Below are positions 37,843 through 51,200 of a stretch of DNA of 64,000 bases, piece after piece (the first letter of the stretch is position 1; each line of letters opens with the position of its first letter). The DNA is taken from contig CAJJAH010000001.1 in NCBI GenBank assembly GCA_905182255.1, forward strand, positions 345,508-409,507, given 5' to 3'. The notes beneath the pieces are model-generated. The model did no database searches, was not told where the DNA came from, and saw nothing but the letters and a program-made list of their open reading frames with translations. The position numbers and the translations under genes are program-made. Origin of the DNA: Cryomorphaceae bacterium BACL11 MAG-121001-bin54 (GTDB taxonomy: Bacteria; Bacteroidota; Bacteroidia; Flavobacteriales; BACL11).

Positions 37843-40452
37843 TTATTTTAACACCCTTTTTACTTCAACCTCTTCGTATCCTTCAATTATATCACCTACT
37901 TTAAGATCATTGAAGTTTTCTATTGACATTCCACATTCAAATCCTTTTTTCACTTCAGTAACATCATCCTTGAAACGTTTTAATGATGATAATTTACCAG
38001 TGTAAACTACAACACCATCACGAATAAGCCTTACACCTGTTTGTCTAGTTAAAGAACCGTCTAGCACCATACATCCTGCTATAGTACCAATCTTAGATAT
38101 CTTAAAGGTTTCTCTAATTTCAATATTACAAATAATTTTTTCTTCAACATCAGGTCTAAGCATACCCTCCATTGCTAATTTCAATTCTTCAATTGCTTTA
38201 TAAATTATAGAATACAATCTAATATCAATTTGTTCAGCTTCTGCTAATTTACGTGCTTTTAATGACGGCCTAACTTGGAAACCAATAATAATTGCATCTG
38301 AAGCTGCTGCTAGCATAACATCTGATTCTGAAATTTGACCTACTGCTTTTTGAATAATATTTACTTTTATTTCCTCTGTAGAAAGTTGCTGCAAAGTATC
38401 AGATAATGCTTCAATAGAACCATCAACATCTCCTTTAATAATAACATTAATTTCTTGAAAACCACCTAAAGCAATTCTTCTTCCAATTTCATCAAGAGTT
38501 AAGTGTTTCTGCGTTCTTACACTTTGCTCTCTTTGTAATTGAGCCCTTCTTGAGGCAATTTTTTTTGCTTCTTGCTCACTTTCTATAACATGAAATTCAT
38601 CTCCTGCTGTTGGCGCACCATCTAAACCTAATAATACTACTGGAGTTGAAGGTCCTGCATTATTTCGTGTTTCACCCCTTTCATCTAGTAAGGCTTTAAC
38701 TTTACCTGAGTAAGAACCTGCTAAAACATAATCCCCAACATTTAATGTTCCCTTCTGAACTAGCAATGTAGATAAGTATCCCTTACCTTTATCTAGTGAT
38801 GCTTCAATAACTGTTCCCTGGGCATTTCTATTTGGATTTGCTTTTAGGTCAAGCATCTCAGCTTCTAAAATAATTTTTTCTAAAATTTCTGGAACGCCAG
38901 TCCCAACCTTAGCTGATATATCCTGAGATTGATATTTACCCCCCCAATCTTCCACAAGAAGGTTCATTTCCGCTAATTCGCCTTTGATTTTTTCAGTATC
39001 TGCAGTTGGTCGGTCAATTTTGTTAATTGCAAAGATAATAGGAACACCTGCCGCTTGAGCATGACTAATTGCTTCCTTTGTCTGAGGCATCACTCTGTCA
39101 TCAGCTGCTACTACAACCACTACAATATCAGTAACTTTTGCTCCCCTAGCCCGCATTGCGGTAAAGGCCTCATGTCCTGGTGTGTCTAAGAACGAAATTT
39201 GCTTTCCATTTTTTAATGACACTTCATAAGCCCCAATATGTTGTGTAATCCCACCTGACTCTCCAGCAATTACATTTGTTTCTCTGATGTAGTCCATCAA
39301 TGAAGTTTTTCCATGATCAACATGCCCCATAATTGTTATAATTGGAGCACGTGTTTCAAGTTGATCCTCAGCATCTACAATCTCTTCGATAGATTCTTGT
39401 ACATCAGCCCCAACAAATTCAACCTTAAAACCAAAATCCTCTACTAACATTTGGATTGTTTCGGCATCTAACCTTTGATTCATACTCACCATCATCCCAA
39501 GACCCATACAAGTGGTTACAATTTCAGTAACCGCAACATCCATTAAAACTGCTAACTCGCTTGCCGTAGCAAACTCAGCAATCTTTATTACTTGATCGCC
39601 AGCAGCTCTTTCTTGATTTTCAACATCCGCAACATCTTTATGTGCTTGTCTTTTATCTTTTCTATTTCTTACAGATGATTTTTTACCCCCTCTTCCTTGT
39701 AATTTTGCTAATGTTTCTCGTACCCTTTTTTGAGCCTCTTCTGGGGATATTTCTATTGTTTTTTTAGTAGGTTTTACTACTTTTTTAAACTTCTTAGGGT
39801 CAACTTTAGTTTTTACAATTCTCAGCCTTTTCTTTTTCTCAGCCTTTTCTGGTTTCTTAAATTGAGTTAAATCTATTGTTTTACCAGTTACCTTAACGCC
39901 TCTTAGCTTGCCAGCACTAGCCTTAATAATTCCTTCAGCTATCTTAGGCTCTTCTATTTTTTCTAACTGTTCTTCAGTGTCTTTGACAACTTTAATGGAT
40001 TCGATTTTTGTTTTAAGTGGTTTCTTTGGACTAATATCAACTTTACCAACAACTTTCAATTCCTTTTTTGTTGTTTTTGCTGTGATTATCTCATCTTTAG
40101 AATGAGCTTTTTCTTGTTCTGCAATATCAGCTTCTTTCTTTAATTTGATTTCAAGCTGAACTTTTATCTTTTCTTCAGCTGCTTTTTGAGCTTTTTCCTC
40201 AGCTTCTTGCTGTTTAATAATTTCTTCAGCTTTAGCTAATTCTTTTTCTTTGGACAATAACTCAGCTGATAATTTTGCTTTCTTTTCAGAATCAAATTCT
40301 CCTAACAAATCCATGTAGATCTCATGAGACACTTTTGTATTGGGCTTTAAATCCTCAATACCTTTTGCTTCAAGAAATGAATATATTCTGTCAATACTGA
40401 CATTGAATTCCTTAACTAACTTGTTTAACCTTACGCTTTTTTTATCTGACAT
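37843..40452 (-). CDS. infB: Translation initiation factor IF-2
   Basis: 869 aa. Lys/Glu-rich N-terminus, GTPase motifs [17 protein letters not shown], and the conserved C-terminal domains. Confidence 0.97.
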   Translation of the reverse strand: MSDKKSVRLNKLVKEFNVSIDRIYSFLEAKGIEDLKPNTKVSHEIYMDLLGEFDSEKKAKLSAELLSKEKELAKAEEIIKQQEAEEKAQKAAEEKIKVQLEIKLKKEADIAEQEKAHSKDEIITAKTTKKELKVVGKVDISPKKPLKTKIESIKVVKDTEEQLEKIEEPKIAEGIIKASAGKLRGVKVTGKTIDLTQFKKPEKAEKKKRLRIVKTKVDPKKFKKVVKPTKKTIEISPEEAQKRVRETLAKLQGRGGKKSSVRNRKDKRQAHKDVADVENQERAAGDQVIKIAEFATASELAVLMDVAVTEIVTTCMGLGMMVSMNQRLDAETIQMLVEDFGFKVEFVGADVQESIEEIVDAEDQLETRAPIITIMGHVDHGKTSLMDYIRETNVIAGESGGITQHIGAYEVSLKNGKQISFLDTPGHEAFTAMRARGAKVTDIVVVVVAADDRVMPQTKEAISHAQAAGVPIIFAINKIDRPTADTEKIKGELAEMNLLVEDWGGKYQSQDISAKVGTGVPEILEKIILEAEMLDLKANPNRNAQGTVIEASLDKGKGYLSTLLVQKGTLNVGDYVLAGSYSGKVKALLDERGETRNNAGPSTPVVLLGLDGAPTAGDEFHVIESEQEAKKIASRRAQLQREQSVRTQKHLTLDEIGRRIALGGFQEINVIIKGDVDGSIEALSDTLQQLSTEEIKVNIIQKAVGQISESDVMLAAASDAIIIGFQVRPSLKARKLAEAEQIDIRLYSIIYKAIEELKLAMEGMLRPDVEEKIICNIEIRETFKISKIGTIAGCMVLDGSLTRQTGVRLIRDGVVVYTGKLSSLKRFKDDVTEVKKGFECGMSIENFNDLKVGDIIEGYEEVEVKRVLK

Positions 40453-40471
40453 ACTTAGGTCTTAATTTTTA

Positions 40472-41713
40472 TTAATCTTCAAACTCTGAACTTAAGACGC
40501 TCAGAATACTTTCTACAGTTTCAATTTCTAGATCTGTTCTTAATACTAGGTCTTTTGCTGAAATATCTAGTACACTTTTTGCTGTATCGCAACCAATCGC
40601 TTTCAAAGCGTCAATTACCCATGATTCTAGTTCGTCTGTAAACTCATCAATAGCGACATCGTCCTCAAAACTACCTGCATCTCTATATACATCAATATCA
40701 TATCCTGATAATTTCCCAGCTAAATTAATATTATGTCCTCCTCTACCAATAGCTAATGAAACTTGGTCGGCAGCCATAAACACACTTGCTCTCATTTTTT
40801 CATCATCCAACTTTACAGAAGTAATTTTTGCTGGGTTCAACGCTCTTGTAATTAACAATTGAGAATTCTCAGTAAAATTTACTACATCAATATTTTCATT
40901 CTTTAACTCACGAACAATACTATGAATTCTTGAACCCTTCATTCCTACACATGCACCTACAGGATCAATTCTATCATCATACGATTCTACAGCTACCTTG
41001 GCTCTTTCTCCAGGAATTCTAACTACATTTTTAATAGTTATTATACCATCAAATACTTCAGGAACCTCTTGCTCAAATAAACGCTCAATAAATTCTGGTG
41101 CAATACGAGAAAGAACAATATTTGCTTTATTATTTTTAAGACTTACTTCCTTGATTACTGCTCTTACAGACTCGCCTTTTTTAAAGTAATCTCTAGGTAT
41201 CTGCTCTAATTTTGGTAAAGACAAATCGTTACCTTCATCATCTTGCAATAAGATTTCATTTCTCCATATTTGGTAAACTTCACCATGAATAATTTCACCA
41301 ATTCTCTCTTCATAACGCTTCATTAACTCATCTCTATGCTGGTCAGCTATACGAGCCATTAAATGCTGACGGATAGAAAGCACTTGCCTTCTTCCAAATT
41401 CAGATTCAAAGCTTACTTGCTCGGAAACTTCTTCTCCTACCTCATAATCATCTTCAATTTTCAAAGCATCAGTCAAAGAAATTTGTGCAATAGGAATTTC
41501 AACTTCCCCATCTTCAACAACTTCCCTGTTTCTCCAAATTTCTAAATCTCCTTTATCAACATTAATAATAACATTAAAATTACCTTGTTCATCATACTTT
41601 TTACTCAGCACCGTTTTAAAAACATCTTCTAAGATGTTCATCATAGTTTCACGATCAATATTCTTAACCTCTTTAAACTCTGAAAACGATTCAATTAAAT
41701 TTTCTACTTCCAT
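40472..41713 (-). CDS. nusA: Transcription termination/antitermination factor NusA
   Basis: 413 aa. S1 and tandem KH domains (GACVGMKGSRI, AIGRGGHNINLA). Confidence 0.96.
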   Translation of the reverse strand: MEVENLIESFSEFKEVKNIDRETMMNILEDVFKTVLSKKYDEQGNFNVIINVDKGDLEIWRNREVVEDGEVEIPIAQISLTDALKIEDDYEVGEEVSEQVSFESEFGRRQVLSIRQHLMARIADQHRDELMKRYEERIGEIIHGEVYQIWRNEILLQDDEGNDLSLPKLEQIPRDYFKKGESVRAVIKEVSLKNNKANIVLSRIAPEFIERLFEQEVPEVFDGIITIKNVVRIPGERAKVAVESYDDRIDPVGACVGMKGSRIHSIVRELKNENIDVVNFTENSQLLITRALNPAKITSVKLDDEKMRASVFMAADQVSLAIGRGGHNINLAGKLSGYDIDVYRDAGSFEDDVAIDEFTDELESWVIDALKAIGCDTAKSVLDISAKDLVLRTDLEIETVESILSVLSSEFED

Positions 41714-41718
41714 TCTGT

Positions 41719-42174
41719 TTATTTAAAATTTATTTTAAGTTTAGTCTCTTTTATTTCTTCTTTTGGAATACTTATTTCTTCCAGTATATAATCTTTCCTA
41801 TTTCCTTTTTTCTTTTTTAATACCTCTAGCAACAGTGATTCATTGTAGGAAATAATAACACCTGTTTTTCTCTTACCATTAGTTAATAAAACACCAACCT
41901 CTTTTCCGATATATTTCTGATATTGTTCATCAACCATGAACGGATTATCTAGCCCTGCAGAACAAACAGTAAGCTCATAATCTTCTGACTCTCTATCAAA
42001 ATGTTCCTCAATATATTTACTTATTAGCAAACAATGTTCTACCTGAACTCCTTCCATTCTATCAAAAAATAAAGTAATAACATTTGCTGTATTCACTTTT
42101 ACATCTACTAAGAAGCCACCTTGTTCTTTAATCTTTGGCTCGGCTACTTTTATTATTTCTTCTTTTGATATCAT
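41719..42174 (-). CDS. rimP: Ribosome maturation factor RimP
   Basis: 151 aa. Position immediately upstream of nusA and RimP-like N-terminal pattern. Confidence 0.85.
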   Translation of the reverse strand: MISKEEIIKVAEPKIKEQGGFLVDVKVNTANVITLFFDRMEGVQVEHCLLISKYIEEHFDRESEDYELTVCSAGLDNPFMVDEQYQKYIGKEVGVLLTNGKRKTGVIISYNESLLLEVLKKKKGNRKDYILEEISIPKEEIKETKLKINFK

Positions 42175-42184
42175 AATGCTATGT

Positions 42185-42212
42185 AAAAAAAGAAGAGGCT
42201 AACAGCCTCTTC
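42185..42212 (-). terminator. Strong rho-independent terminator between the giant gene and rimP (may also act as a leader attenuator of rimP-nusA-infB)
   Basis: Minus strand: GAAGAGGC-uguua-GCCUCUUC followed by UUUUUUU. It sits 62 nt after the giant gene stop and 10 nt before the rimP ATG. Confidence 0.8.
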
Positions 42213-42237
42213 CTCTTTACCTATCTAATTTCGTTTG

Positions 42238-42245
42238 CAAATGTA
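42238..42245 (-). promoter_or_regulatory. Putative -7 box (TAnnTTTG) upstream of the terminator hairpin and rimP
   Basis: Minus-strand TACATTTG, 63 nt upstream of the rimP ATG and on the 5' side of the 42185..42212 hairpin. Confidence 0.4.
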
Positions 42246-42273
42246 AGGAGATTTTTTTAATCTCGCAAACCTT

Positions 42274-45200
42274 TTACTGCAAGACAATTCTTTTACTAAC
42301 AAATGAGTTCCTAGTCCTAATTTGAATCATAAAAATACCTCTAGGGGAATTAGAAAAATCAATTCGCTTAGTATACTCACCTATGAAGTCTTGTTTATCT
42401 TCCTGAAACACTAATTTACCAAATGCATCAACTATGGTAATTTCAAAATTATCTAATTTTTCAGCCATAAAGCTAATATTAAATAGTCCTCTTGTTGGAT
42501 TCGGGTAGATATTTAAATATTCACCTAGATCAATATCCCCTGCAGTAATCCTGTTTCCTGCTAATGTTGTAACAGTATCCCATCCAGTCCAAGCAGAATT
42601 ATAATTAACTGAAGGATCGCAGATTGTTCTAATTCTAAAGCGATAATTCTCATTCGAGATTAATCCTGTTAATGTGAGATTATTTAACCCAGGTGTGATA
42701 GTAGTATCAATTCTGGTATTCCATGGTGCACCGACTACTAAATACATAAGCCTGTAAGTAAATGCAGCTGGATTTGAATCCCAACTCAATACAGCTGAAG
42801 ATGTTGTAATAGAATCAATAATTATATTAGTTGGTGGAATACATCCATTAACTGTATTAAAGACCTCAAAACTTGAAAATGCAGAATTATTATTGCCACT
42901 ACCATCACAAACACTCTTCACTTGCCAATGATAAGCTGTCCCAGACAATAAAGAAGATAAATCAAGTGAATTAGTAGTCACTGTAGTGTAAGTAAATGTT
43001 CCCCAACCTTGATTTACTTGCTTGTATCTAACTATATATTCCAAAGCTCCAGGAGATACATCCCAACCTAAAGTAGCATCAGTTAAACCAATTGCTGTAG
43101 TATTCGTATTTGTTGGAGTAGTACATACCGTTAAAGTAGCAAAAGACTGAGTAGAACTCCATGCTGATACTGAACTATTATCAGAAGAACAAACTGATTG
43201 TATCTCCCACTCATAAGTAGTAGATGAAGTTAAGTTTAATTTCTCTTTTGAAGTACCATATAAATAATTCAATGCAATACTCCAAGAAGAAGTTCCCTGA
43301 ACTCTCATACGTATATTGTAATGATGAGCATCCGTAACTGCTGACCAGTTCATAGTCGCTCTATCTAACTGAATGTTAGAGACAGATAAACCTGTTGGAG
43401 GCGATAATGAAATAACATTAATAGTTGTTGCAGATGAAGTTGCTATACAACCAGCTGGATTAGTAACTGTTAAACTATAAGTACCCGCTACAGAAGTTGT
43501 ATAAGTAGAAGAAGTCGCACCAGAAATAGCACCACTTAAATCATTCCACTGGTAAATACTACCCGATGGTGACCAACTAGTCATACTCAAAGTTACACTC
43601 TCACCCAAACATATAGGAGAACCTCCTGTTGGATTCTGAACTGTAACACTAAAGGCTGAAGCTGGCGTAGTAATAACATAAGTAGCAGTATATTGACATG
43701 TATTGTTGTCAGTAACTGTTACACTATAAGTACCTGCAGCTAAAGAAGTAAGATCTTCACTGGTAGAACCATCACTCCATAAATAAGAGAATGAACCACT
43801 ACCACCAATTACTGATAAATCAAGAGATCCATCACTACCACCAAAACAGCCAACATTAGTCTGAATAATATTTAATGAAGCATTACAAGAACCTGTATTA
43901 AAGACCTCAAAACTTGAAAATGCAGAATTATTATTGCCACTACCATCACAAACACTCTTCACTTGCCAATGATAAGCTGTCCCAGACAATAAAGAAGATA
44001 AATCAAGTGAATTAGTAGTCACTGTAGTGTAAGTAAATGTTCCCCAACCTTGATTTACTTGCTTGTATCTAACTATATATTCCAAAGCTCCAGGGGATAC
44101 ATCCCAACCTAAAGTAGCATCAGTTAAACCAATTGCTGTAGTAGTCGTGTTTAATGGAGTAGTACAAGGAATTGTTGTTGTAAAGCTCTCTGTAGAAGAC
44201 CATGCTGATACTGAACTATTATCAGAAGAACAAACTGATTGTATCTCCCACTCATAAGTAGTAGATGAAGTTAAGTTTAATTTCTCTTTTGAAGTACCAT
44301 ATAAATAATTCAATGCAATACTCCAAGAAGAAGTTCCCTGAACTCTCATACGTATATTGTAATGATGAGCATCCGTAACTGCTGACCAGTTCATAGTCGC
44401 TCTATCTAACTGAATGTTAGAGACAGATAAACCTGTTGGAGGCGATAATGAAATAACATTAATAGTTGTTGCAGATGAAGTTGCTATACAACCAGCTGGA
44501 TTAGTAACTGTTAAACTATAAGTACCCGCTACAGAAGTTGTATAAGTAGAAGAAGTCGCACCAGAAATAGCACCACTTAAATCATTCCACTGGTAAATAC
44601 TACCCGATGGTGACCAACTAGTCATACTCAAAGTTACACTCTCACCCAAACATATAGGAGAACCTCCTGTTGGATTTTGAGTTGTAACACTAAAGGCTGA
44701 AGCTGGCGTAGTAATAACATAAGTAGCAGTATATTGACATGTATTGTTGTCAGTAACTGTTACACTATAAGTACCTGCAGCTAAAGAAGTAAGATCTTCA
44801 CTGGTAGAACCATCACTCCATAAATAAGAGAATGAACCACTACCACCAATTACTGATAAATCAAGAGATCCATCACTACCACCAAAACAGCCAACATTAG
44901 TCTGAATAATATTTAATGAAGCATTACAAGAACCTGTATTAAAGACCTCAAAACTTGAAAATGCAGAATTATTATTGCCACTACCATCACAAACACTCTT
45001 CACTTGCCAATGATAAGCTGTCCCAGACAATAAAGAAGATAAATCAAGTGAATTAGTAGTCACTATAGTAGAAGTAAATGTTCCCCAACCTTGATTTACT
45101 TGCTTGTATCTAACTATATATTCCAAAGCTCCAGGGGATACATCCCAACCTAAAGTAGCATCAGTTAAACCAATTGCTGTAGTAGTCGTGTTTAATGGAG

Positions 45201-48200
45201 TAGTACAAGGAATTGTTGTTGTAAAGCTCTCTGTAGAAGACCATGCTGATACTGAACTATTATCAGAAGAACAAACTGATTGTATCTCCCACTCATAAGT
45301 AGTAGATGAAGTTAAATTAAATTTCTCTTTTGAAGTACCATATAAATAATTCAATGCAATACTCCAAGAAGAAGTTCCCTGAACTCTCATACGTATATTG
45401 TAATGATGAGCATCCGTAACTGCTGACCAGTTCATAGTCGCTCTATCTAACTGAATGTTAGAGACAGATAAACCTGTTGGAGGCGATAATGAAATAACAT
45501 TAATAGTTGTTGCAGATGAAGTTGCTATACAACCAGCTGGATTAGTAACTGTTAAACTATAAGTACCCGCTACAGAAGTTGTATAAGTAGAAGAAGTCGC
45601 ACCAGAAATAGCACCACTTAAATCATTCCACTGGTAAATACTACCCGATGGTGACCAACTAGTCATACTCAAAGTTACACTCTCACCCAAACATATAGGA
45701 GAACCTCCTGTTGGATTTTGAGTTGTAACACTAAAGGCTGAAGCTGGCGTAGTAATAACATAAGTAGCAGTATATTGACATGTATTGTTGTCAGTAACTG
45801 TTACACTATAAGTACCTGCAGCTAAAGAAGTAAGATCTTCACTGGTAGAACCATCACTCCATAAATAAGAGAATGAACCACTACCACCAATTACTGATAA
45901 ATCAAGAGATCCATCACTACCACCAAAACAGCCAACATTAGTCTGAATAATATTTAATGAAGCATTACAAGAACCTGTATTAAAGACCTCAAAACTTGAA
46001 AATGCAGAATTATTATTGCCACTACCATCACAAACACTCTTCACTTGCCAATGATAAGCTGTCCCAGACAATAAAGAAGATAAATCAAGTGAATTAGTAG
46101 TCACTGTAGTGTAAGTAAATGTTCCCCAACCTTGATTTACTTGCTTGTATCTAACTATATATTCCAAAGCTCCAGGGGATACATCCCAACCTAAAGTAGC
46201 ATCAGTTAAACCAATTGCTGTAGTAGTCGTGTTTAATGGAGTAGTACAAGGAATTGTTGTTGTAAAGCTCTCTGTAGAAGACCATGCTGATACTGAACTA
46301 TTATCAGAAGAACAAACTGATTGTATCTCCCACTCATAAGTAGTAGATGAAGTTAAGTTTAATTTCTCTTTTGAAGTACCATATAAATAATTCAATGCAA
46401 TACTCCAAGAAGAAGTTCCCTGAACTCTCATACGTATATTATAATGATCTGCATCTGTAACTGCTGACCAGTTCATAGTCGCTCTATCTAACTGAATGTT
46501 AGAGACAGATAAACCTGTTGGAGGCGATAATGAAATAACATTAATAGTTGTTGCAGATGAAGTTGCTATACAACCAGCTGGATTAGTAACTGTTAAACTA
46601 TAAGTACCCGCTACAGAAGTTGTATAAGTAGAAGAAGTCGCACCAGAAATAGCACCACTTAAATCATTCCACTGGTAAATACTACCCGATGGTGACCAAC
46701 TAGTCATACTCAAAGTTACACTCTCACCCAAACATATAGGAGAACCTCCTGTTGGATTCTGAACTGTAACACTAAAGGCTGAAGCTGGCGTAGTAATAAC
46801 ATAAGTAGCAGTATATTGACATGTATTGTTGTCAGTAACTGTTACACTATAAGTACCTGCAGCTAAAGAAGTAAGATCTTCACTGGTAGAACCATCACTC
46901 CATAAATAAGAGAATGAACCACTACCACCAATTACTGATAAATCAAGAGATCCATCACTACCACCAAAACAGCCAACATTAGTCTGAATAATATTTAATG
47001 AAGCATTACAAGAACCTGTATTAAAGACCTCAAAACTTGAAAATGCAGAATTATTATTGCCACTACCATCACAAACACTCTTCACTTGCCAATGATAAGC
47101 TGTCCCTGATAATAAAGAAGATAAAACAAGTGAATTAGTATTTATAGTATCATAAGTAAATGTTCCCCAACCTTGATTTACTTGCTTGTATCTAACTATA
47201 TATTCCAAAGCTCCAGGGGATACATCCCAACCTAAAGTAGCATCAGTTAAACCAATTGCTGTAGTAGTCGTGTTTAATGGAGTAGTACAAGGAATTGTTG
47301 TTGTAAAGCTCTCTGTAGAAGACCATGCTGATACTGAACTATTATCAGAAGAACAAACTGATTGTATCTCCCACTCATAAGTAGTAGATGAAGTTAAGTT
47401 TAATTTCTCTTTTGAAGTACCATATAAATAATTCAATGCAATACTCCAAGAAGAAGTTCCCTGAACTCTCATACGTATATTGTAATGATGAGCATCCGTA
47501 ACTGCTGACCAGTTCATAGTCGCTCTATCTAACTGAATGTTAGAGACAGATAAACCTGTTGGAGGCGATAATGAAATAACATTAATAGTTGTTGCAGATG
47601 AAGTTGCTATACAACCAGCTGGATTAGTAACTGTTAAACTATAAGTACCCGCTACAGAAGTTGTATAAGTAGAAGAAGTCGCACCAGAAATAGCACCACT
47701 TAAATCATTCCACTGGTAAATACTACCCGATGGTGACCAACTAGTCATACTCAAAGTTACACTCTCACCCAAACATATAGGAGAACCTCCTGTTGGATTC
47801 TGAACTGTAACACTAAAATCAGGTAATATTGTTAGAATAGTTGTCACTGTTGAGTCACAACCTAAATTAGTAGTATAGATATCAAAATATGTACCACTTG
47901 AAGAATAAGTATTTCCATTTATAGAATATGAATACCCAAAACAAATAGTTTGATTATTGACAGAAAAAGCAGATGGATTAATAATAAGATTTAATGTCGC
48001 TGTACTATCACAACCATTTGAATTAGTAGTTGTAAAAGTGTAAACTCCACTAGCTGTATAAGTCTGTCCATTCCAATTGTAATCATCACACTCTGTAACA
48101 TCTGTGGATGATAAAGTAGATGGATTTATAGTAAGATTTAATGTCGCTACAGAATCACAACCATTTGAATTAGTAGTTGTAAAAGTGTAAACTCCACTAG

Positions 48201-51200
48201 CTATATAAGTCTGTCCATTCCAAGTATAATCATCACACTCTGTAACATCTGTGGATGATAAAGTAGATGGATTTATAGTAAGATTTAATGTCGCTACAGA
48301 ATCACAACCATTTGAATTAGTAGTTGTAAAAGTGTAAACTCCACTAGCTGTATAAGTCTGTCCATTCCAATTGTAATCATCACAAGAAGTTGCAGCTGAT
48401 GTACTAGTTGTTGATGGATTTACAGTAAGATTTAATGTTGCTACAGAATCACAACCATTTGAATTAGTAGTTGTAAAAGTGTAAACTCCACTAGCTATAT
48501 AAGTCTGTCCATTCCAAGTATAATCATCACACTCTGTAACATCTGTGGATGATAAAGTAGATGGATTTATAGTAAGATTTAATGTCGCTACAGAATCACA
48601 ACCATTTGAATTGGTAGTTGTAAAAGTGTAAACTCCACTAGCTGTATAAGTCTGTCCATTCCAAGTATAATCATCACACTCTGTAACATCTGTGGATGAA
48701 ACGGTTGGGTAAAAACAACTACTATCATTTACAGTAGCTGTAGAATCATAGTTACATGCATTAGAATCCGTACAACCCAAGACAATAATATAAGAACATG
48801 AACCATCATCAATTGTAGCCATAGGATCATAATTAACAGCAGCAGAATCTGTACAACCAAGATAAATACAAGAACCATCACTAGTATTTACATTAGGATT
48901 ATAATTACTTGCTGCAGGGTCATTACATCCATATGTAAATGGAACACATGATCCGTCATCAGTATTTACTGATGAGTTATAATTAAATGCAGAAATATCA
49001 GTACAACCATAAATAAATGGTATACACGATCCGTCGTCACAAACTGCGTTAGCATCATAGTTAAATTGAGTAGGGTCAGTACATCCATCAGGTAAATTAA
49101 TTGTAAGATTTAATGTTGCTACAGAATCACAACCATTTGAATTAGTAGTTGTAAAAGTGTAAACTCCACTAGCTGTATAAGTCTGTCCATTCCAATTGTA
49201 ATCATCACAAGAAGTTGCAGCTGATGTACTAGTTGTTGATGGATTTACAGTAAGATTTAATGTTGCTACAGAATCACAACCATTTGAATTAGTAGTTGTA
49301 AAAGTGTAAACTCCACTAGCTATATAAGTCTGTCCATTCCAAGTATAATCATCACACTCTGTAACATCTGTGGATGATAAAGTAGATGGATTTATAGTAA
49401 GATTTAATGTCGCTACAGAATCACAACCATTTGAATTAGTAGTTGTAAAAGTGTAAACTCCACTAGCTATATAAGTCTGTCCATTCCAATTGTAATCATC
49501 ACACTCTGTAACATCTGTGGATGATAAAGTAGATGGATTTATAGTAAGATTTAATGTCGCTACAGAATCACAACCATTTGAATTAGTAGTTGTAAAAGTG
49601 TAAACTCCACTAGCTGTATAAGTCTGTCCATTCCAAGTATAATCATCACACTCTGTAACATCTGTGGATGATAAAGTAGATGGATTTATAGTAAGATTTA
49701 ATGTCGCTACAGAATCACAACCATTTGAATTAGTAGTTGTAAAAGTGTAAACTCCACTAGCCGTATAAGTCTGTCCATTCCAAGTATAATCATCACACTC
49801 TGTAACATCTGTGGATGATAAAGTAGATGGATTAATTGTAAGATTTAATGTTGCTACAGAATCACAACCATTTGAATTAGTAGTTGTAAAAGTGTAAACT
49901 CCACTAGCTGTATAAGTCTGTCCATTCCAATTGTAATCATCACAAGAAGTTGCAGCTGATGTACTAGTTGTTGATGGATTTACAGTAAGATTTAATGTTG
50001 CTACAGAATCACAACCATTTGAATTAGTAGTTGTAAAAGTGTAAACTCCACTAGCCGTATAAGTCTGTCCATTCCAAGTATAATCATCACACTCTGTAAC
50101 ATCTGTGGATGATAAAGTAGATGGATTTATAGTAAGATTTAATGTTGCTACAGAATCACAACCATTTGAATTAGTAGTTGTAAAAGTGTAAACTCCACTA
50201 GCTGTATAAGTCTGTCCATTCCAATTGTAATCATCACAAGAAGTTGCAGCTGATGTACTAGTTGTTGATGGATTTACAGTAAGATTTAATGTTGCTACAG
50301 AATCACAACCATTTGAATTAGTAGTTGTAAAAGTGTAAACTCCACTAGCTGTATAAGTCTGTCCATTCCAAGTATAATCATCACACTCTGTAACATCTGT
50401 GGATGATAAAGTAGATGGATTTATAGTAAGATTTAATGTCGCTACAGAATCACAACCATTTGAATTAGTAGTTGTAAAAGTGTAAACTCCACTAGCTGTA
50501 TAAGTCTGTCCATTCCAAGTATAATCATCACACTCTGTAACATCTGTGGATGATAAAGTAGATGGATTTATAGTAAGATTTAATGTCGCTACAGAATCAC
50601 AACCATTTGAATTAGTAGTTGTAAAAGTGTAAACTCCACTAGCTGTATAAGTCTGTCCATTCCAAGTATAATCATCACACTCTGTAACATCTGTGGATGA
50701 TAAAGTAGATGGATTTATAGTAAGATTTAATGTCGCTACAGAATCACAACCATTTGAATTAGTAGTTGTAAAAGTGTAAACTCCACTAGCTGTATAAGTC
50801 TGTCCATTCCAAGTATAATCATCACACTCTGTAACATCTGTGGATGATAAAGTAGATGGATTTATAGTAAGATTTAATGTCGCTACAGAATCACAACCAT
50901 TTGAATTAGTAGTTGTAAAAGTGTAAACTCCACTAGCTGTATAAGTCTGTCCATTCCAAGTATAATCATCACACTCTGTAACATCTGTGGATGATAAAGT
51001 AGATGGATTTATAGTAAGATTTAATGTCGCTACAGAATCACAACCATTTGAATTAGTAGTTGTAAAAGTGTAAACTCCACTAGCTGTATAAGTCTGTCCA
51101 TTCCAAGTATAATCATCACACTCTGTAACATCTGTGGATGATAAAGTAGATGGATTTATTGTAAGATTTAATGTCGCTACAGAATCACAACCATTTGAAT

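Noticed and set aside
44018-47170. The hypervariable patch in the second FN3 as the variable region of a diversity-generating retroelement.
   Set aside because: There is no reverse transcriptase or template repeat in the window. The substitutions between copies are not restricted to adenine positions.
44063-47380. Four identical 64-aa plus-strand ORFs (44063, 45104, 46145, 47186) that might look like a small multicopy gene family.
   Set aside because: They lie antisense inside the 1041-nt repeats of the giant minus-strand gene. Their periodicity simply mirrors the repeat. They have no independent start context or promoter box.
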